Positions 6,700 to 8,711 of a stretch of DNA of 8,711 nucleotides are shown one piece after another; position 1 is the first letter of the stretch; every line of letters begins with the position of its first letter. Source of the DNA: an uncultured archaeon (GTDB lineage: Archaea > Iainarchaeota > Iainarchaeia > Iainarchaeales > CSSED10-239). Location of the stretch: the NCBI GenBank assembly GCA_964468895.1, contig CAYXWT010000033.1:1-8711 (forward strand), written 5' to 3'. A program made the translations under genes and the position numbers. The notes beneath the pieces were generated by a model. That model saw only the letters and a program-made list of their open reading frames with translations. It had not been told where the DNA came from and did no database searches.

Positions 6700-6920
6700 C
6701 ATATATATATTAGCTACCACCTAATATGATTGGATTTCAGATTAACAGAGAGAGATGTATTGTAGGAGTTTATATATAAGTTCTTTCTTAGAAATTTTTT
6801 GTCTAGGAGGCAGATAATTAGTGGTGTTGAAGTTGTGACTGTAAAAAGTCTTTTAAAAATAGTTAAGGGGTTTATTCTCTACAAGGAATTTGTTTGAATT
6901 ATGAAACCCCTTACCTTGAA
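6700..6920. ncRNA. Candidate structured non-coding RNA or regulatory core; family and strand unknown
   Basis: This locally G+C-richer segment lies inside a 454-nt ORF-free gap. It contains an intergenic AGGAGG, a 10-bp perfect stem, and possible long-range pairing of CACCTAAT (6717-6724) with ATTAGTGGTG (6819-6828). I could recognise no known RNA family. Confidence 0.25.
6864..6913. repeat. Perfect 10-bp inverted repeat (hairpin) with a 30-nt loop
   Basis: TAAGGGGTTT (6864-6873) pairs with AAACCCCTTA (6904-6913). An inner 4-bp extension pairs ATTC 6874-6877 with GAAT 6896-6899. On the minus strand the stem is followed after 4 nt by TTTTT (complement of 6855-6859). Confidence 0.8.
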
Positions 6921-7015
6921 TATAATTTAAATTCTATTTCTATAAAATAAATATGTTTTTATATATTTTTAATCTTATATAACATATATTTTAAAAAAAT
7001 TAAGTAAGATTATAT

Positions 7016-7678
7016 ATGAATAAATTTGATTTACATATTTATAGTAAATATTCTTCTTTTGCAATTAATGAACCTAAAGATATAATTAAATATTGTTTAG
7101 AAAGAAAAATCAAAGGTTTTGCAATTACAGATTTAGGAACTATTAAGTCTTGGTCATTTTTAAATAAATTGGCTAAAGAAAACAATTTAGTTTTTGTACC
7201 TGGTCAAGAGATAAATCTAACTTATAAAGATAAGTATATAGGTAAAGCATTATCTTTATTTAGTTTAGATAAAATAATTTCTACAGATTTATTTCAAGTA
7301 TTAGATGAAATTAAATCACAAGGTGCTCTTTTATCTATATCTCATCCTTTTGATTTAACTAGAAAATTTAATGGTTTTGAATATTTATTAAAACATAAAC
7401 CACTTTCTAGAAAACTAAGATGTATAGAAACTTTTAGTTCTAGAGTTAGTTTTTTAAATTATAATAAAAAAGCACAATTGTTTGCACAAAAACATAATTT
7501 GATACAAACAGCAGGCTCAGAGGCTCATCTTCCTTATGAAATAGGGTTAGCGCACGTATTAGCTAACGCTGACACTGAATCTGAGCTTTTAAAAGAACTT
7601 AAGTTAAGAAACGTACATATAGGTGGTAATTTAACATCTTTAGGTGCAAGGGTACATTCTTTAGTAAATAGAATTTAA
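7016..7678 (+). CDS. PHP-domain (polymerase/histidinol-phosphatase fold) protein with partly degenerate metal-binding motifs
   Basis: The PHP motif order is recognisable: DLHIYS (motif I), AITDL (motif II position), PGQEI, ISHPF, IETFSS and GSEAH (the usual GSDAH). Confidence 0.78.
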   Translation: MNKFDLHIYSKYSSFAINEPKDIIKYCLERKIKGFAITDLGTIKSWSFLNKLAKENNLVFVPGQEINLTYKDKYIGKALSLFSLDKIISTDLFQVLDEIKSQGALLSISHPFDLTRKFNGFEYLLKHKPLSRKLRCIETFSSRVSFLNYNKKAQLFAQKHNLIQTAGSEAHLPYEIGLAHVLANADTESELLKELKLRNVHIGGNLTSLGARVHSLVNRI

Positions 7679-8445
7679 TTTTTATATTTATAATTTACAT
7701 CTAGTATTTTTTTTAAATTAAATTTTTTATTATTTAAGTTTTTTTCTATACCTTTAAGGTGACCTGCACCTACTACAATTACTATTTTGTTACAAGGTGC
7801 TTTTAAAATATTATATGCAATAAATTGATCTCTTTCATCTATTAATATTTCTTTTACTTTTTTAAATTTTTTAGAAAATATTTTCATAATATTTTCAATA
7901 ACTTTTGAATTATCATTTCCAGATTCTACATCTGTAAGTATAGTTTTAATATCTATATTTCTTAATATTTCTTTTTCTTTTTTATTTAAAAACAATCCTC
8001 CAAAAACCATTTTTAATTTTTCAAAAAAAGATATTTTTTTTAAAAGTTTAGTTAATGTAATATTAATATCTCTATCCAATAACAGTATTTTTGAATTTAT
8101 AATTTTAGCACATTTAATTGCAGAAATCATTTCTCCTCCTGCAGTTGTATTTAATTTTTTAGCAATGTTTTTTTGATAATTTCCTAGTATATATATTGTT
8201 AAGAATAAAAAAGGATTTCTAGATCTAAATATATCTGTAAGTTTAGTTTTAGTTTGTTTTTTTTTAAGAATATTTATAAATCTATTTCTATCTAATTCAA
8301 CACCTATAATTTCTGGTTGTTCTTCTAGAATGACATTTTGCACTTGTTCTATATTTTTTTTAGATACATGTGCACTCCCTATAATTATTACTTCTTTAGT
8401 ACCATATTCAAAATATTTATTATTAAGATTTATTTTTTGTATCAT
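7675..8445 (-). CDS. TraB/PrgY (Tiki/GumN superfamily) family protein
   Basis: The family signatures appear in order: IIIGSAHVSKKNIEQV, IIGVELDRNRF, TTAGGEMISAI, IDERDQFIAYNI and VVGAGHLKGI. Confidence 0.85.
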   Translation of the reverse strand: MIQKINLNNKYFEYGTKEVIIIGSAHVSKKNIEQVQNVILEEQPEIIGVELDRNRFINILKKKQTKTKLTDIFRSRNPFLFLTIYILGNYQKNIAKKLNTTAGGEMISAIKCAKIINSKILLLDRDINITLTKLLKKISFFEKLKMVFGGLFLNKKEKEILRNIDIKTILTDVESGNDNSKVIENIMKIFSKKFKKVKEILIDERDQFIAYNILKAPCNKIVIVVGAGHLKGIEKNLNNKKFNLKKILDVNYKYKN

Positions 8446-8646
8446 ATAATCAACTATTTTTAGGTTTTTTATTTTTTATATTGGAATTATTGTGAAATTG
8501 TAAAAAATGTTTAATTAGTAATATTTTTAAATATTACATATACAATTATTATATAAATATATTTTAAACATGTTTATTTATAAATATATATTAAACATTG
8601 TTTTTAAAACAAATTAAATCTATAAAAAATAAATTAAAGATGTTCT

Positions 8647-8711
8647 ATGATATTAAAAAGAAATAATTTTTATATAATAATTTTACTATTTATACTTTGT
8701 TTAAGTTCTAT
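8647..8711 (+). CDS. 5' end of a CDS (partial) with a signal-peptide or TM-like N-terminus
   Basis: ATG 8647 opens MILKRNNFYIIILLFILCLSS and the frame runs off the window. It has a basic n-region followed by a hydrophobic stretch. No SD is visible, and 21 codons are too few for certainty. Confidence 0.35.
   Translation, partial: MILKRNNFYIIILLFILCLSS

Noticed and set aside
6647-6715. 22-codon ORF (MYIVRFYDVLFTHLKLVNIYIY) preceded by GGGTG 9 nt upstream
   Set aside because: It is very short, and its composition simply mirrors AT-rich DNA. It ends in a TATATA repeat and has no recognisable peptide features. It cannot be supported without conservation or expression data.
6814-6897. Mini-ORFs downstream of the orphan AGGAGG: a 5-codon GTG frame (6821-6838) and a 20-codon GTG frame (6835-6897)
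   Set aside because: The correctly spaced start gives only 5 codons. The 20-codon frame starts 25 nt from the SD or needs a non-standard ATA/ATT start. Neither is a supportable CDS.
6562-7015. tRNA (including split or intron-containing), box C/D or H/ACA sRNA, CRISPR array, or replication origin in the gap
   Set aside because: I found no acceptor/D/T-arm arrangement or GTTCRA T-loop with a paired stem. There is a C-box-like ATGATGT (6665-6671), but no CTGA D box on that strand within range. No ACA box follows the hairpin, and there are no spaced direct repeats. The loop sequence only vaguely resembles ORB elements, the G-string orientation does not fit, and no orc1/cdc6 gene is adjacent.
7016-7678. 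RNase P protein component Rpp30 (PHP-clan, metal-free)
   Set aside because: The size is similar and the metal site is degenerate. However, the protein keeps DLH, GQE, SHP and GSEAH in the order typical of true PHP phosphoesterases, and Rpp30 lacks these. A profile search would settle it.
8446-8646. Repeat array or mobile-element end in the AT-rich region upstream of TraB
   Set aside because: Only two imperfect low-complexity copies are present. There are no terminal inverted repeats, target duplications or a transposase. The region is most simply a divergent promoter.

Overview
Very AT-rich window (by eye about three-quarters A+T) that reads as an archaeal chromosome segment. Positions 1-6561 are one tightly packed plus-strand translation/transcription superoperon. 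Its order is: 3' end of an unidentified gene, S28e, L24e, aIF5B, S6e, aIF2-gamma, an Fcf1-like PIN nuclease, RNA polymerase Rpo7 (E'), Spt4 (E''), S24e, S27ae, and a CPBP-type intramembrane protease appended at the end. Most genes have a Shine-Dalgarno fragment (AGGTGA about 7 nt, or GGAG 11 nt, before the start). This supports the calls and suggests several ORF-track N-termini are over-extended. T-runs follow the operon, and then a 454-nt stretch (6562-7015) has no credible ORF. That stretch holds a locally G+C-richer core, an orphan AGGAGG and a perfect 10-bp-stem hairpin, and it is the best candidate here for something undescribed (ncRNA or regulatory element). Downstream lie a PHP-fold protein with degenerate N-terminal metal-binding motifs, a convergent TraB/PrgY-family gene whose stop overlaps it, an AT-rich divergent promoter region, and the first 21 codons of a membrane or secreted protein. 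Protein divergence, lysine/glutamate-rich tails and compactness suggest a small-genome archaeon (DPANN-like); this is inference only. I see no CRISPR array, tRNA, rRNA, mobile element or recognisable multi-gene defence system.
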